NCBI GenBank assembly: GCA_902596165.1
Contig: CACJSU010000004.1
Coordinates: 35,864 to 99,863 of the forward strand
Length of the DNA: 64,000 nucleotides
Direction: 5' to 3'
Source: an uncultured SAR86 cluster bacterium
GTDB taxonomy: Bacteria > Pseudomonadota > Gammaproteobacteria > Magnimaribacterales > D2472
Part shown: positions 40,647-51,633 of the stretch, piece after piece
Layout: each line of letters starts with the position of its first letter
How positions within the stretch are numbered: the stretch's first letter is position 1
Made by a program: the position numbers and the translations under genes
The notes under the pieces: generated by a model
Told to the model about the DNA's origin: nothing
The model's database searches: none
What the model saw: only the letters and a program-made list of their open reading frames with translations

Positions 40647-43094
40647 ATGACAAATATAGATCAGCTGATAAATACATTAACTTTAGATGAAAAAGTTTCA
40701 CTGCTAAGCGGTTTTAATTCTTGGTATACCAACAAGATTGATAATAAAAATATTCCTAGCATCAAAATGTCAGATGGTCCCAATGGGGTTAGAGGTGACT
40801 CAAATTCTGGAAAGACTTCAGCCTGTTTTCCGTGTGCAATATCATTAGGTTCCACATGGGATCTTGAGTTAATTAAAAACATTGGCGTGGCTTTGGGCGA
40901 AGAAGCGCAAGTAAAAGATGTAGATGTTCTTTTGGGTCCAACCATAAATATTCATAGACATCCTTTAGGTGGGAGGCATTTTGAAAGTTTTTCTGAAGAT
41001 CCATTTTTAACTGGAAAAATTGCAACCAATTATGTTCAAGGCGTTCAATCTAAAAATGTTGCAGCCTGTTTAAAGCATTTTGTTGGGAATGATACTGAAT
41101 ATGAGCGTCACGCAATAAGCTCAAACATAGATGCGCAAACTTTAAGAGAAATTTATTTACTTCCCTTTGAAATGGGCATCAAAGAGGGGGATGCAAAAGT
41201 TGTAATGAGTGCATACAACAAATTAAATAATGTCTTTTGTAGTTCTCATCAAGAATTACTGATTAGTATTTTAAAAGAAGAATGGAGTTTTAATGGGTAT
41301 GTTGTCAGCGATTGGGGTGCTGCACTGGAAACAATAGAAAATGCAAATGGTGGCTTAGATCTTGAAATGCCTGGACCTAGTAATGTTTGGGGCAAAACCT
41401 TAATTGATGCCATTAAAGCTAGAAAAGTTTCTGAGGAACTGATTGACGATAAGGTTAAGAGAATTTTAACTGTGGCTGAATTCTCAAATCGCTTTCAAGA
41501 ACCAGAAATCAAAGATGAAGAAGCTATTGATCGGCCAGAGCATAGATCGCTGTTGAGAAAAGCAGCAGCTGATGGGATGGTTCTACTTAAAAATGAAGGT
41601 TTGTTGCCTCTTAAAAAAAATATTAAGAAATTAGCTGTTATTGGGCCCAATGCCAAAGAAGCACAAATCATTGGTGGAGGAAGCGCAAGTTTAAGACCGC
41701 ACTATCAAATTCATCCACTTGCAGCAATACAAGAAAGGTTGGGATCCAACACAGAAATTCTATACTCAAAGGGCTGCCATACACATAAATATCTCCCAAA
41801 AATAAATGAAAAACTAATGAAAGATAGCAGCGGATTCTTGGTGGAGTATTTTGATGGAAATCAATTTGGCGAAAACTTAATTCTATCTGAATGCCTTACA
41901 GGAAGTAAGTTTTGGGTTTTTGAAGGCTTTGCTAAAGATGTAATTTCAAAAGAAGGTAGGCCAAATATTTCCGTGAAGTTTTCTTGCGAATATACACCAG
42001 ATATTTCCGGTTATCATGAATTTGAGATTTTTGGTATTGGAAAATGCCGCTTACTTATTAATGATAGTGAGCTAATTGATAATTGGACTAGCACAGATCC
42101 TGGTGAAGCATTTTTTACTTTCGGTTCTGCATCCAAAAAAGGAGTTATAGATTTTAAAAGAGGGGAAACATATAGAATTGAAGTCCAATATCATTTTGAG
42201 GGGAGTTTTCCTGCAGTTTATATTGGTTGTCAAGCTCCCGATGAAGTCGACATATTTAAAGAGTCTATTGATGCTGCCTCAAATGCTGATGAAGTTCTCT
42301 TAATTGTTGGTACTAATTCAGATTGGGAAACAGAAGGGAATGATAGAGCTGATTTCAATTTACCTGCAAATCAAAATAAATTAATTGAGGCTGTATTAGA
42401 TGCGAACCAAAATACAATTGTCATTCTTAATACCGGCTCTCCAATTCATATGCCCTGGGCACATAAAGCAAGCGCTATAGTGCAGACATGGTTTGCTGGT
42501 CAAGAATTTGGAAATGCTTTGGTTGATATTTTATCTGGAGAAATTAATCCATCAGGCAAATTACCAACAACCTTCCCTGCAAAAATAGAGGATACACCTG
42601 CTTATCAATTTTATCCTGGAACTGACTTACAAATGAACTATCATGAAAAACTTTTGGTTGGGCATAGATGGTATGAAAAAAAGTCAGTCATGCCGTTATT
42701 TTATTTTGGTCATGGATTGTCTTATACAAATTTTATGTATCAAAACCTAGAGGTATCAGTAGACAAAGATTTTGCCGTCTCGTGTAGATTCGAAGTGCAA
42801 AATATAGGAAATATTTTGGGGCAAGAAATAGCTCAATGTTATGTTGGCTACTCTAATCCCCTTACTGACGAGCCTTGCAAAACCTTACAAGGTTTTATGA
42901 AAGCAGAAATAAGGCCAAATGAAGTTAAAAATTTTGAAATTCAACTTGGGCCTAGAAATTTCTCCTATTGGTCTGTAGATGCTAATGCTTGGCAAATAAA
43001 AGGCGGAGCATACAAAATTCTAATTGGATCTTCATCAAAGGATATTTATTTAGAAACTACTATCAATCTTGAGCAAGCGCTTGAAGTTCTGTAG
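40647..43094 (+). CDS. GH3 beta-glucosidase with PA14 insertion and Fn3-like domain
   Basis: MSDGPNGVRG, GGRHFESFSEDP, KHF, VSDW (nucleophile), ETEGNDR, FGHGLSYT; no signal peptide. Confidence 0.93.
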   Translation: MTNIDQLINTLTLDEKVSLLSGFNSWYTNKIDNKNIPSIKMSDGPNGVRGDSNSGKTSACFPCAISLGSTWDLELIKNIGVALGEEAQVKDVDVLLGPTINIHRHPLGGRHFESFSEDPFLTGKIATNYVQGVQSKNVAACLKHFVGNDTEYERHAISSNIDAQTLREIYLLPFEMGIKEGDAKVVMSAYNKLNNVFCSSHQELLISILKEEWSFNGYVVSDWGAALETIENANGGLDLEMPGPSNVWGKTLIDAIKARKVSEELIDDKVKRILTVAEFSNRFQEPEIKDEEAIDRPEHRSLLRKAAADGMVLLKNEGLLPLKKNIKKLAVIGPNAKEAQIIGGGSASLRPHYQIHPLAAIQERLGSNTEILYSKGCHTHKYLPKINEKLMKDSSGFLVEYFDGNQFGENLILSECLTGSKFWVFEGFAKDVISKEGRPNISVKFSCEYTPDISGYHEFEIFGIGKCRLLINDSELIDNWTSTDPGEAFFTFGSASKKGVIDFKRGETYRIEVQYHFEGSFPAVYIGCQAPDEVDIFKESIDAASNADEVLLIVGTNSDWETEGNDRADFNLPANQNKLIEAVLDANQNTIVILNTGSPIHMPWAHKASAIVQTWFAGQEFGNALVDILSGEINPSGKLPTTFPAKIEDTPAYQFYPGTDLQMNYHEKLLVGHRWYEKKSVMPLFYFGHGLSYTNFMYQNLEVSVDKDFAVSCRFEVQNIGNILGQEIAQCYVGYSNPLTDEPCKTLQGFMKAEIRPNEVKNFEIQLGPRNFSYWSVDANAWQIKGGAYKILIGSSSKDIYLETTINLEQALEVL

Positions 43095-45066
43095 TAGTTA
43101 ATTCAATTTGAGTGGCTTGAATAGAACTATTAGATTCAGAAATCGATCTTGGCCCAATCAGTGGAAAGATCAAATTTGATTTGTGCAATACATAGGCTAA
43201 GGCAATTTGAATTGGCTGCACATTCCTTTGATCTGCCAAATCATAGCAAGCCAGTCTTCTTTTTAAATTTTTTTCATAGTGCCAAACTCTCATTTCCTCA
43301 TCGAGGGTAGGATTTGAAAAGTGTTCACTGGATATAACTTCTTTCTTTTTTATAAAGAATCCTCTGGCTTGGGAAGACCAAGGGAATAACATAATCTCCT
43401 CATCGATTAGATAATCTAAAAAATCATCATTTACACCCACACAACCAGGCCAAACCGGTTCAATCATCTCAGCCAAGCTAAAATTATTACTCAGAACAGT
43501 AAAAGGCTCTCTGCCATTTTCTGCTGCATAATTACGTGCTTTGGAGAATCTTTCCATTTCCCAATTTGATGCACCTATTAAATTAATTAAGCCTTCATTT
43601 TTAATTTCAGCTAAAGCATCAACAAATTCTCCCACTGGAATATCTAGGTTATCTCTATGCAAACAAAAGATATCAAGCTGAGGAATCTGCAATCGCTCCA
43701 GAGACTCAAGAACTTGCGGACGGATATACTTTGGATCACATTCTGGCGTATGGGCGGCTTTACCCAACACCACTACATCTTCTTCAACTTGCCTAGAATT
43801 TATCCAATCACCAAGATATTTATCACCCATTCCATGATTGTATATATAGGCGGTATCAAAAATTCTGCCTCCGGATCCATAAAAATGGTCAAACATCGTA
43901 AATGCATGCAAATCGGAAGTTTGATTGTCGCAACCTATTGCTAGTCTTGAACCAATTTTATCAAGACCAGGCAGATTAATACTTTGAAGCTTAGGGTCTT
44001 GAGACAAGTATGCCTGTGATTTAAGTATTGGAGAATGTTGAACAAAACTTCTCGGGCATTCGATACCTATTTCATTTCGCCATCTATCTAACCAAAACAT
44101 ATTACTTTGAGTTTCAGCATGGGAAATAAGCAATGATTCAATTTTTTGTTCCAAAATGCAGCTTGCAGCATGCTCTATTTCTCTTGTAAATAATCCAATA
44201 TCGTCAATGCAACTAATCTCATTGTTAATAGTGCCTTCATGTGAAAGCAGGATAGATGAATGTCCTTCTTTAAATTGCCCACAATGCCAAGGATCCGAAA
44301 CTATAATAGAGTGTTTGCCACGAGTAATAACAAGATTGTTTAAAAAATCTTCATTTATAGCGCAACTTATTTTTGCTTCAATTGATTCAGAAAAAATTAA
44401 TTGTGCGTGTGACTGCAAATCAACACCAGTTTTGTCAATTTGGCCAGTAGCAGAAAAATTTTTAGGCTCAGCAAAATACAAGCCCTGTAAATGACCTGCT
44501 ATTAGCTTGGCCATTGTTAATGGATAGCATCCAACATCTAGTATTGCTCCTCCGCCTAAAATAGGGTTGCGGAGTCTATGTGTCTCTGAGACGTCGGCAT
44601 TAAATCCAAAAGAAGCTTCGATCGATACTTTTTCTTTTAAATCAGAAAGATAACCTAGATTATCTAAAATATTCTTGGTTTGCGGATGCGTTCTATACAT
44701 AAAAGCTTCCATTAAAAAAATATTTTTGGAATTGGCAAGATCTAACAAAATCATGCTCTCATATGCATTCATTGTTAATGGTTTTTCACAAAGAACATGT
44801 TTGCCATTCTTTATGGCCTCTAGCGCATAAATAAAATGCTCGCTGTGAGGCGTGGCAATGTAAACAGCATCTATCTCCTTACAGGAAATGAAATCCTTCA
44901 ATTGATGGTATCCATCAATATTAAACTTACTAGCAAAAGCATCTGTTTTATCTGCATTTCTTCCATAAACACTTACTAACTGGGAATTTGTTGTAGCTTT
45001 AATTGAATGGGAAAATGCATTAGCAATGGAGCCAGGCCCAATGATTCCCCAATTAATTTTACGCAT
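43063..45066 (-). CDS. Fused Gfo/Idh/MocA dehydrogenase and aldo-keto reductase
   Basis: N-terminal GIIGPGSIA, HVLCEKP, GGGAILDVGCY; C-terminal FDTAYIY, LGK, LHRD, GASNW, WSSQARG. Confidence 0.88.
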   Translation of the reverse strand: MRKINWGIIGPGSIANAFSHSIKATTNSQLVSVYGRNADKTDAFASKFNIDGYHQLKDFISCKEIDAVYIATPHSEHFIYALEAIKNGKHVLCEKPLTMNAYESMILLDLANSKNIFLMEAFMYRTHPQTKNILDNLGYLSDLKEKVSIEASFGFNADVSETHRLRNPILGGGAILDVGCYPLTMAKLIAGHLQGLYFAEPKNFSATGQIDKTGVDLQSHAQLIFSESIEAKISCAINEDFLNNLVITRGKHSIIVSDPWHCGQFKEGHSSILLSHEGTINNEISCIDDIGLFTREIEHAASCILEQKIESLLISHAETQSNMFWLDRWRNEIGIECPRSFVQHSPILKSQAYLSQDPKLQSINLPGLDKIGSRLAIGCDNQTSDLHAFTMFDHFYGSGGRIFDTAYIYNHGMGDKYLGDWINSRQVEEDVVVLGKAAHTPECDPKYIRPQVLESLERLQIPQLDIFCLHRDNLDIPVGEFVDALAEIKNEGLINLIGASNWEMERFSKARNYAAENGREPFTVLSNNFSLAEMIEPVWPGCVGVNDDFLDYLIDEEIMLFPWSSQARGFFIKKKEVISSEHFSNPTLDEEMRVWHYEKNLKRRLACYDLADQRNVQPIQIALAYVLHKSNLIFPLIGPRSISESNSSIQATQIELTTTELQALAQD

Positions 45067-46411
45067 TGCCTATTTTTCTTGACTCAATTTCATTAATTAG
45101 TTTTTGATGAAAGCTCTTGTCTATGGGATAGAAAGAAACTAATACAAAACTAATGAAAATGCCTGTTAAAGGTATCCAGGTCATAATGAATTTAAGTCCA
45201 TACAGTGTTTCTTCAGATTGAATTTGATTTGGCTCAAAACCGATTTGAGTTAATGCCATCCCCAAAAGAATAGCTGCGAATGCTATTGCTCCTTTTTGAG
45301 CAAAAGTCATGAAGCCATATAAAGAGGACTCTGTGCGAACTCCTGTTTTCCACTCTCCATACTCAATGGTATCTGGAAGCATTGACCAAAATAAAACACC
45401 AGTTGCACCGTTACCGATTCCAATAAATCCCAATACAAGTAGCAATTCATTAAGTGAATGAATTGGGTAAAAATAAAAAACTAAAAAACCAATTAATAAT
45501 AGTGCCATTGCAGCCATCCATGAATTTCTCTTACCAATTTTTAGTGCTGCATATGCCCAAAAAGGAATAGCTAGGAGCGCCGCTCCGCTGCTAACTCCTA
45601 AAATTAAACCTTGATATTCATGAAGGTCTAAAGAGTACTTAACAAAATAAATTAAATTGTTATTAAACATAATGGAAGTAGATCCAAGAATTAAAATTGA
45701 CCCAAACACAATCCAAAATGGATAATTTTTTGCAACTGATTTTGAAACCTTGGAAAAACTTGGTAATTGAGTTGGGCTAAAATTGAATTCTCTTTCTTTT
45801 ACAAATCGCACGGTAATACTTAAGACTAGAATGGCTGTAAGCCCACAAACCATTCCAAAAAAGATGAAACCAATTGCCTCATCACCACCCCCAAACCATA
45901 AAACAATTGGGAAGCCCAAAGCTGAAACAGAAAGAGTGCCAAAGGAAGCCCCAATCATACGTGCTGTCGTTAGCTTTGTGCGTTCATCACTATCATCAGT
46001 AATCCTAGCTGTAAGAGAAGAATATGGAACGCTAACGATGGTAAAGCATGTTCTATGCAATAAATTAACTGTTAATAAAAAAACAAATAGTATTAGCCCC
46101 TCAAATGGAGGAACCCAGAACAGCAAAACAAATGACAAGGCAAGTGGAATTGCGCCATAAAAAATGTAGGGTCGATAGCTGCCCATTTTGCTTCGAGTTC
46201 TTTCTGCAAGATACCCCATGAAGGGGTCTGTAATTGCATCCCAGGCTATACCAAGAGCGTATATCCAGCCTGCCAATAAAGGGGTTATACCAACCACATC
46301 GGTATAAAAATAAAGAAGGTATAAACCAACTCCACTCCAATATAAGCAAATTGCATAATCTCCTATGCCATATGCTGCTCTGACTTTATTTGAAACTGCG
46401 TTTGAGATCAT
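45059..46411 (-). CDS. GPH (glycoside-pentoside-hexuronide) MFS symporter
   Basis: AYGIGD, YFYTDV, WDAITDP, GSYRPY, LPDTIEYGEW; about 12 TM. Confidence 0.92.
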   Translation of the reverse strand: MISNAVSNKVRAAYGIGDYAICLYWSGVGLYLLYFYTDVVGITPLLAGWIYALGIAWDAITDPFMGYLAERTRSKMGSYRPYIFYGAIPLALSFVLLFWVPPFEGLILFVFLLTVNLLHRTCFTIVSVPYSSLTARITDDSDERTKLTTARMIGASFGTLSVSALGFPIVLWFGGGDEAIGFIFFGMVCGLTAILVLSITVRFVKEREFNFSPTQLPSFSKVSKSVAKNYPFWIVFGSILILGSTSIMFNNNLIYFVKYSLDLHEYQGLILGVSSGAALLAIPFWAYAALKIGKRNSWMAAMALLLIGFLVFYFYPIHSLNELLLVLGFIGIGNGATGVLFWSMLPDTIEYGEWKTGVRTESSLYGFMTFAQKGAIAFAAILLGMALTQIGFEPNQIQSEETLYGLKFIMTWIPLTGIFISFVLVSFYPIDKSFHQKLINEIESRKIGNA

Positions 46412-46507
46412 AAATATTTGTTGACTATAGCAGTCTTATCTATTGTTGGTAATATTTGTAGTGTGCATTAGTATAAAAACATATTTACAAAAAAAATTTA
46501 AAAAAAT

Positions 46508-47422
46508 ATGACTGGGAATGCAGAGTATTCTGAGGGTTTCGCTGACAATAATGGGGTAAAAATTTTTTATCGCGATTATGGCCCTGTGGGTGGAGATCCT
46601 GTTCTCATGGTCCATGGTCTTGGAGCACAACTTGTGCACTGGCCGCCGCATTTAATCAACTTTTTAAAAGCACATAATTTTAGACCTATAACTTACGACA
46701 ATAGAGATGTTGGTTTATCCTCAAGATTTTTAGGCACACCATCTTTTGTGCTGGATTATATTAAGTACTTTTTAAGAATTCCAATTAAATCAGAATATAC
46801 AATTGACGATATGGCTGATGATGGGATTAAGTTGCTTGAGCAATTAAACATCAACCAAGCACATGTATTAGGCACATCAATGGGAGGAATGATTGCCCAA
46901 ATTATAAGTGCTCAATATCCACAAAAAGTTAAATCTTTTACCTTGATTGCTTCAACAGCTTCAACGCCAAGTCCAATGAATGCCCCAGCAAAGCCAGTGA
47001 GAGAGCTCATGCTAGAAAGATCGAAAAATCCTGATGCCTCAGTTGAAGATGTGATCAAAAGAGAAATCAAAATCGTTTCATTGATTGGAATGAAGGGTCG
47101 AGTTGTCGATACCCCAGAATTTAGAGAAGAAACAATTCAAAACTTAAATCGTGCTCAGGATGGCTCTGGGTATGCAAGGCAACTGCTATCAATATTGGCT
47201 TCAAAAGATAGACTAAAAAAAATTCAGAAAATTAAAGCGCCAACTTTAATTATTCATGGTAAACATGATCCAATGATTCGATTGAAGAATGCATATAAGA
47301 TGCACAAATTGATACCACACAGCAAACTAAAAATTATTGAAGACATGAGACATTTGATTGAACCAGAGATCCTTCGTCAATTCGAGAGCGAACTATTGGA
47401 TCACTTGAGATTAGCTTCTTAA
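46508..47422 (+). CDS. Alpha/beta hydrolase (esterase/lipase family)
   Basis: HGLG, DNRDVG, GTSMGG nucleophile elbow, HGKHDP, MRH. Confidence 0.9.
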   Translation: MTGNAEYSEGFADNNGVKIFYRDYGPVGGDPVLMVHGLGAQLVHWPPHLINFLKAHNFRPITYDNRDVGLSSRFLGTPSFVLDYIKYFLRIPIKSEYTIDDMADDGIKLLEQLNINQAHVLGTSMGGMIAQIISAQYPQKVKSFTLIASTASTPSPMNAPAKPVRELMLERSKNPDASVEDVIKREIKIVSLIGMKGRVVDTPEFREETIQNLNRAQDGSGYARQLLSILASKDRLKKIQKIKAPTLIIHGKHDPMIRLKNAYKMHKLIPHSKLKIIEDMRHLIEPEILRQFESELLDHLRLAS

Positions 47423-47842
47423 TTAAGATTGAATTTTTGCAAGCTCTTCCTTGCTAATTAATAGCATTCCACCGATCTGCATAAAGAGAGAGTTCTCATA
47501 TTGATCAACATTATCGTCAGATAAAATAACATCCCAGATATTCGACAAAATTTCTATTTTCATCCGTTTGGTGCAATTGCTGTTAATGATATTGATAAAA
47601 GGATTGAAAGACTCCTTGTGACTTGTCCAATCTTTTAGCTCTTCAAATGCTTCAGTAAAATTACCATTAGGGTATAAATCTAAATAGAAATTTTTAATTT
47701 CATCTATTTCGTGGTCATCTATTTTTCCATCCATTCTTGCAATTTCAATCATTAAACATAGAACTGCGGACACATGAGGTGGCATGTCTTCAGCAGTTCC
47801 TGAAATATCAGCGAATAGTTTTTTTTTGAAAATAGATAACAT
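47423..47842 (-). CDS. TerB-family protein
   Basis: LMIEIARMDG…E, W.VILSD…E pattern; 139 aa. Confidence 0.78.
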   Translation of the reverse strand: MLSIFKKKLFADISGTAEDMPPHVSAVLCLMIEIARMDGKIDDHEIDEIKNFYLDLYPNGNFTEAFEELKDWTSHKESFNPFINIINSNCTKRMKIEILSNIWDVILSDDNVDQYENSLFMQIGGMLLISKEELAKIQS

Positions 47843-47945
47843 ATTTAGAAATTAGTATTTTAAAAAAATAACTATACCAAGCTTTTAATAAATTTAGCTA
47901 TAGGTTTTGGTATCTATGCATTCTGAAATAAATATCAAAAAATAG

Positions 47946-49661
47946 TTATTTCGACGAAATTAAATCGCCTTTAATAACTGTGCCAAGAACTCTAATATTC
48001 TTTATTTCATTATTTTTAACCTTTAAGGGGTTTTTATTAAGAGCAGTAAAGTTTGCGTATTTGCCTGCCTCTATCGATCCATACATTTTTTCCAATCTCA
48101 AAACATATGCTGAATTTATTGTCACAGCCCTCAATGCTTCAACTTTAGTAATTCTTTGATTGGGTCCGGCAACTTTTCCAGCAAAATTATCTCTATTTAC
48201 TGCTGCATGCATCAACATCAATGGAGACGCTGGAGCCATAGGCATGTCAGAATGAAGCGCTACCTTAATACCTGATTTTATTGCATCGCCCAATCTAACC
48301 ATTTCTTGAGAGCGCTCGTACCCAACTCCTTTTCTGCTATATAAATCAGAAAGAGCTGTTACATAATAGGGATTTGCACTTACCACTACACCTAATTTCC
48401 TCATTTGATCTAATTGATCTTTTGCTGAATATCCAAAATGAACCACTGTTGTTCGATGATCTGTTCTAGGATTGTTATCTAAGTTTTTCTTTAAGGTTGC
48501 AAGCAATCTATCTAAGCCTGCATCTCCATTCTGATGGATATGAATTTGATATCCATCATCCCAAAAAATCTTAAAGAGGTTTTCGAAAGTATCTAGGCTC
48601 ATCAACCACGAACCCTCATGACCATCTATATAACCATCTCGCATTACCATATTTTGAGAATACATAGCGCCATCAGCAAATAGCTTAATATGCTTAGGCA
48701 AATAATTTAATTTACCTGTACCCCAAGTTGTTTGCTCTTTTGCGGCATCCAAAACTTCATTTAATTTAAACTGCTCAGATATGTTTAATGCGCTTGGGAA
48801 AAAATATGACTCAAAAGGTGAATCTACATTTCCAAATATTAAATTCTTTGCTGTTTGCAGACCCTTGTTATACATTGAGCCTGGATTACCAATAACGGTA
48901 ATCCCATTACTATGCAAATAATCCCTTGTCTTTTGGAAGCCTTCAATTAATGCTTTTGGCGAAGCTAATACTTCCATTAATTTAGGCAAAACAATAATAG
49001 CCCCTCTCTCGGAAAAATGACCATCATCAAAATTTGCTAAATTATTATTCTCTTCATGAAGATTAAATGCTTCTTTATTTATTCCCAATACCTTCATTGC
49101 TGGAGTATTTAAAATAAATTCGTGAAAAGATCTATGGATAATAATAATTGGTCTGGTTGAAGAAATTTTATCTAGATCATGTTTGGTTAATTTCCCATGA
49201 AAATAGTGATGAAATCCCCAAGAAATCAATGGTTGATTTGCTGGATGATTTTTTTCAATTTCATTTAAATTAGATAAGTAGCTTGTTCTATCTCTAACCC
49301 CGTTAGAAGTTTTTGCAGGTAAGTGCCAATCCTCAATAGCTAAGATCTCAGAATTCATTGTTACCGCAGCTAAAAACGGATGGATATGATGCTCAATAAA
49401 GCCTGGAACTAGGATCGAATTTTCATAGTTATTTATTAAATCTGCATTTGGATAAATTGAAGTTAGTTCTTCTTTTGAGCCAAGATTTATAATTTTTGAT
49501 CCCTGGGTAGCAACAGCCTCAACGGAATCATTTCGTGAATTAAGAGTCAGGATTTCTTTAGCTATAAATATTTTAACCTCATCAGCACTAATAATTTTTG
49601 GAAAAATAATTAAAGCTATGATGAGAAAAAAATTAAAAATAGCTTTTCTAGAAAACGACAT
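47946..49661 (-). CDS. Secreted amidohydrolase (YtcJ-like, amidohydro_3)
   Basis: Signal peptide; PGFIEHHIH, KLFADG, IHQNGD, HSDMP, GSIEAGKYANF; start taken at ATG 49661. Confidence 0.87.
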   Translation of the reverse strand: MSFSRKAIFNFFLIIALIIFPKIISADEVKIFIAKEILTLNSRNDSVEAVATQGSKIINLGSKEELTSIYPNADLINNYENSILVPGFIEHHIHPFLAAVTMNSEILAIEDWHLPAKTSNGVRDRTSYLSNLNEIEKNHPANQPLISWGFHHYFHGKLTKHDLDKISSTRPIIIIHRSFHEFILNTPAMKVLGINKEAFNLHEENNNLANFDDGHFSERGAIIVLPKLMEVLASPKALIEGFQKTRDYLHSNGITVIGNPGSMYNKGLQTAKNLIFGNVDSPFESYFFPSALNISEQFKLNEVLDAAKEQTTWGTGKLNYLPKHIKLFADGAMYSQNMVMRDGYIDGHEGSWLMSLDTFENLFKIFWDDGYQIHIHQNGDAGLDRLLATLKKNLDNNPRTDHRTTVVHFGYSAKDQLDQMRKLGVVVSANPYYVTALSDLYSRKGVGYERSQEMVRLGDAIKSGIKVALHSDMPMAPASPLMLMHAAVNRDNFAGKVAGPNQRITKVEALRAVTINSAYVLRLEKMYGSIEAGKYANFTALNKNPLKVKNNEIKNIRVLGTVIKGDLISSK

Positions 49662-49672
49662 AGAAATGTTAA

Positions 49673-50533
49673 TTAATCCCAAATACGCATTAAACCTTCT
49701 TGTGCAGTTGATGCAATTAATTTGCCTGCTTTTGTATAAATTGAGCCGCGAGAAAATCCTCTAGCATTTTGTGATATGGGGCTATGCATGTGATGTAAAA
49801 CCCAGTTGTTAAAATTAACTTTTCCATGAAACCACATAACATGATCTAAACTGGCACTTTGAAATTTTTTGGACATAAAATTTACCTCATGAGGATTAAC
49901 TGCAGCGCCAAGCAAGCCCATATCAGAAACATATAATAATAAGGCTTGATGAATTCTTTCATCAGATGGTAGTTTTCCAGTTGGTTTCATCCATGTGCTC
50001 CTGTAAGGAGGGAGTTTTTCAGCTTTTAGCAAATCAACAGGTTCAACTTGCCTTGTTTCAATCTCTCTTTCTCTTAACCACATTGGCAGATAATCTTTAG
50101 GTATTTTTGATTTAAGATCTTTTCTTAGCTCTAGATCACTCTTTAATTTTTCTGGCCCCTGTATTTTTGGCATTTTAATTTGATGCTTTAAACCTTTTTC
50201 TCTTTTTTGAAATGATATAGAGCAGCTAAAAATTGCTTCTCCATTTTGGATTGCGTTTACCCTTCTAGTAGTAAAACTTTTACCATCTCTAATTCGATCA
50301 ACCTCAAAAATGATGTTTTGCTTGAAGTCGCCAGGTCTAAGAAAATAAGAATGGAAAGAATGCACCATTCTTCCTTTCTCTACTGTTTGATAACCTGCAA
50401 TTAAGCATTGAGCCATAATTTGACCGCCAAAGATTCTTTGGAAACCTACACTTTGGCCAGTCCAAGAATATAAATCTCTATCTATCCTAGTTAAGTTGAA
50501 TAATTCTAGGGTATTTTTTAATGCTTTACTCAT
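49673..50533 (-). CDS. tesB: Acyl-CoA thioesterase II
   Basis: IFGGQ, HSFHSYFLRPGD, RDGKSFTTRRV, ASLDH, AQEGLMR. Confidence 0.95.
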   Translation of the reverse strand: MSKALKNTLELFNLTRIDRDLYSWTGQSVGFQRIFGGQIMAQCLIAGYQTVEKGRMVHSFHSYFLRPGDFKQNIIFEVDRIRDGKSFTTRRVNAIQNGEAIFSCSISFQKREKGLKHQIKMPKIQGPEKLKSDLELRKDLKSKIPKDYLPMWLREREIETRQVEPVDLLKAEKLPPYRSTWMKPTGKLPSDERIHQALLLYVSDMGLLGAAVNPHEVNFMSKKFQSASLDHVMWFHGKVNFNNWVLHHMHSPISQNARGFSRGSIYTKAGKLIASTAQEGLMRIWD

Positions 50534-50646
50534 CAATTTATAGGTGTATTAAATTAAAATTCATCTTACATTGATTCAATTAAAACTAGAACTTTATCCT
50601 CTCAAAAGTTAGCATAGGCCTTCCAAGAAACATAAAATTACTTTAA

Positions 50647-51630
50647 ATGATAGATTCTGAAAGAATAAGCCTTCCAAAGAGGCCCAACAAAAAATTCAAC
50701 GTAAGAAAAACCTTTGGTATTGACTCTAATCTTGAGGTTCATGGTTTTAAAGAAAAGACACAATGGGTGCCTGAAATTGATGAAACTTATATCTTCGATA
50801 AAGATACTACTCTGGCAATCCTGGCAGGCTTTGAGCATGATCGTAGAGTAATGATTCAGGGGTACCATGGTACTGGTAAATCCACACATATTGAGCAAGT
50901 TGCTGCAAGACTTAATTGGCCGTGTGTCAGAATAAACCTTGATAGTCATATCAGCAGAATTGATCTACTTGGTAAAGATGCAATTGTTTTAAAAGATGAA
51001 AAGCAAGTCACTGAATTTAAAGAGGGAATTCTTCCTTGGTCAATTCAAAATCCTGTTGCATTAGTCTTTGATGAGTATGATGCAGGCAGACCTGATGTGA
51101 TGTTCGTTATTCAAAGAATACTTGAGGTAGATGGTAAATTAACACTCCTTGATCAAAACCAAGTTATAACGCCGCATAATAGCTTTAGGCTTTTTGCAAC
51201 AACTAATACTGTTGGTATGGGAGATGTAACTGGTCTTTATCATGGGACGCAACAAATTAACCAAGGTCAGATGGACCGATGGCACATACTTTCAACACTT
51301 AATTATTTAGAGCGCTCTCATGAGCTAAGTGTTGTTACGGGAAAAGTTCCTCAACTAAAGTCTGCAAAAGATAAGGCTTTAATAAAGAGTATGATTCAGT
51401 TAGCAGATTTAACCAGGCAAGGTTTTATAAATGAAGATATTTCAACGCTTATGTCGCCAAGAACAGTCATAACTTGGGCACAAAATTACATTATTTTTAA
51501 TGATATAAAGCACTCATTTAGATTAACATTTCTGAATAAATGTGATGAAGCTGAGAGGCCAATTGTGGCTGAGTATTTTCAAAGATGTTTTGGAGAAGAT
51601 CTTTTGGAAAGCCATAATCCTGAATCATAA
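50647..51630 (+). CDS. cobS: CobS-type AAA+ ATPase (cobaltochelatase subunit family)
   Basis: Walker A GYHGTGKS, LNWPCVRINLD, Walker B FDEYDAGRPDVMF, MSPRTVITWA. Confidence 0.93.
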   Translation: MIDSERISLPKRPNKKFNVRKTFGIDSNLEVHGFKEKTQWVPEIDETYIFDKDTTLAILAGFEHDRRVMIQGYHGTGKSTHIEQVAARLNWPCVRINLDSHISRIDLLGKDAIVLKDEKQVTEFKEGILPWSIQNPVALVFDEYDAGRPDVMFVIQRILEVDGKLTLLDQNQVITPHNSFRLFATTNTVGMGDVTGLYHGTQQINQGQMDRWHILSTLNYLERSHELSVVTGKVPQLKSAKDKALIKSMIQLADLTRQGFINEDISTLMSPRTVITWAQNYIIFNDIKHSFRLTFLNKCDEAERPIVAEYFQRCFGEDLLESHNPES

Positions 51631-51633
51631 TTA

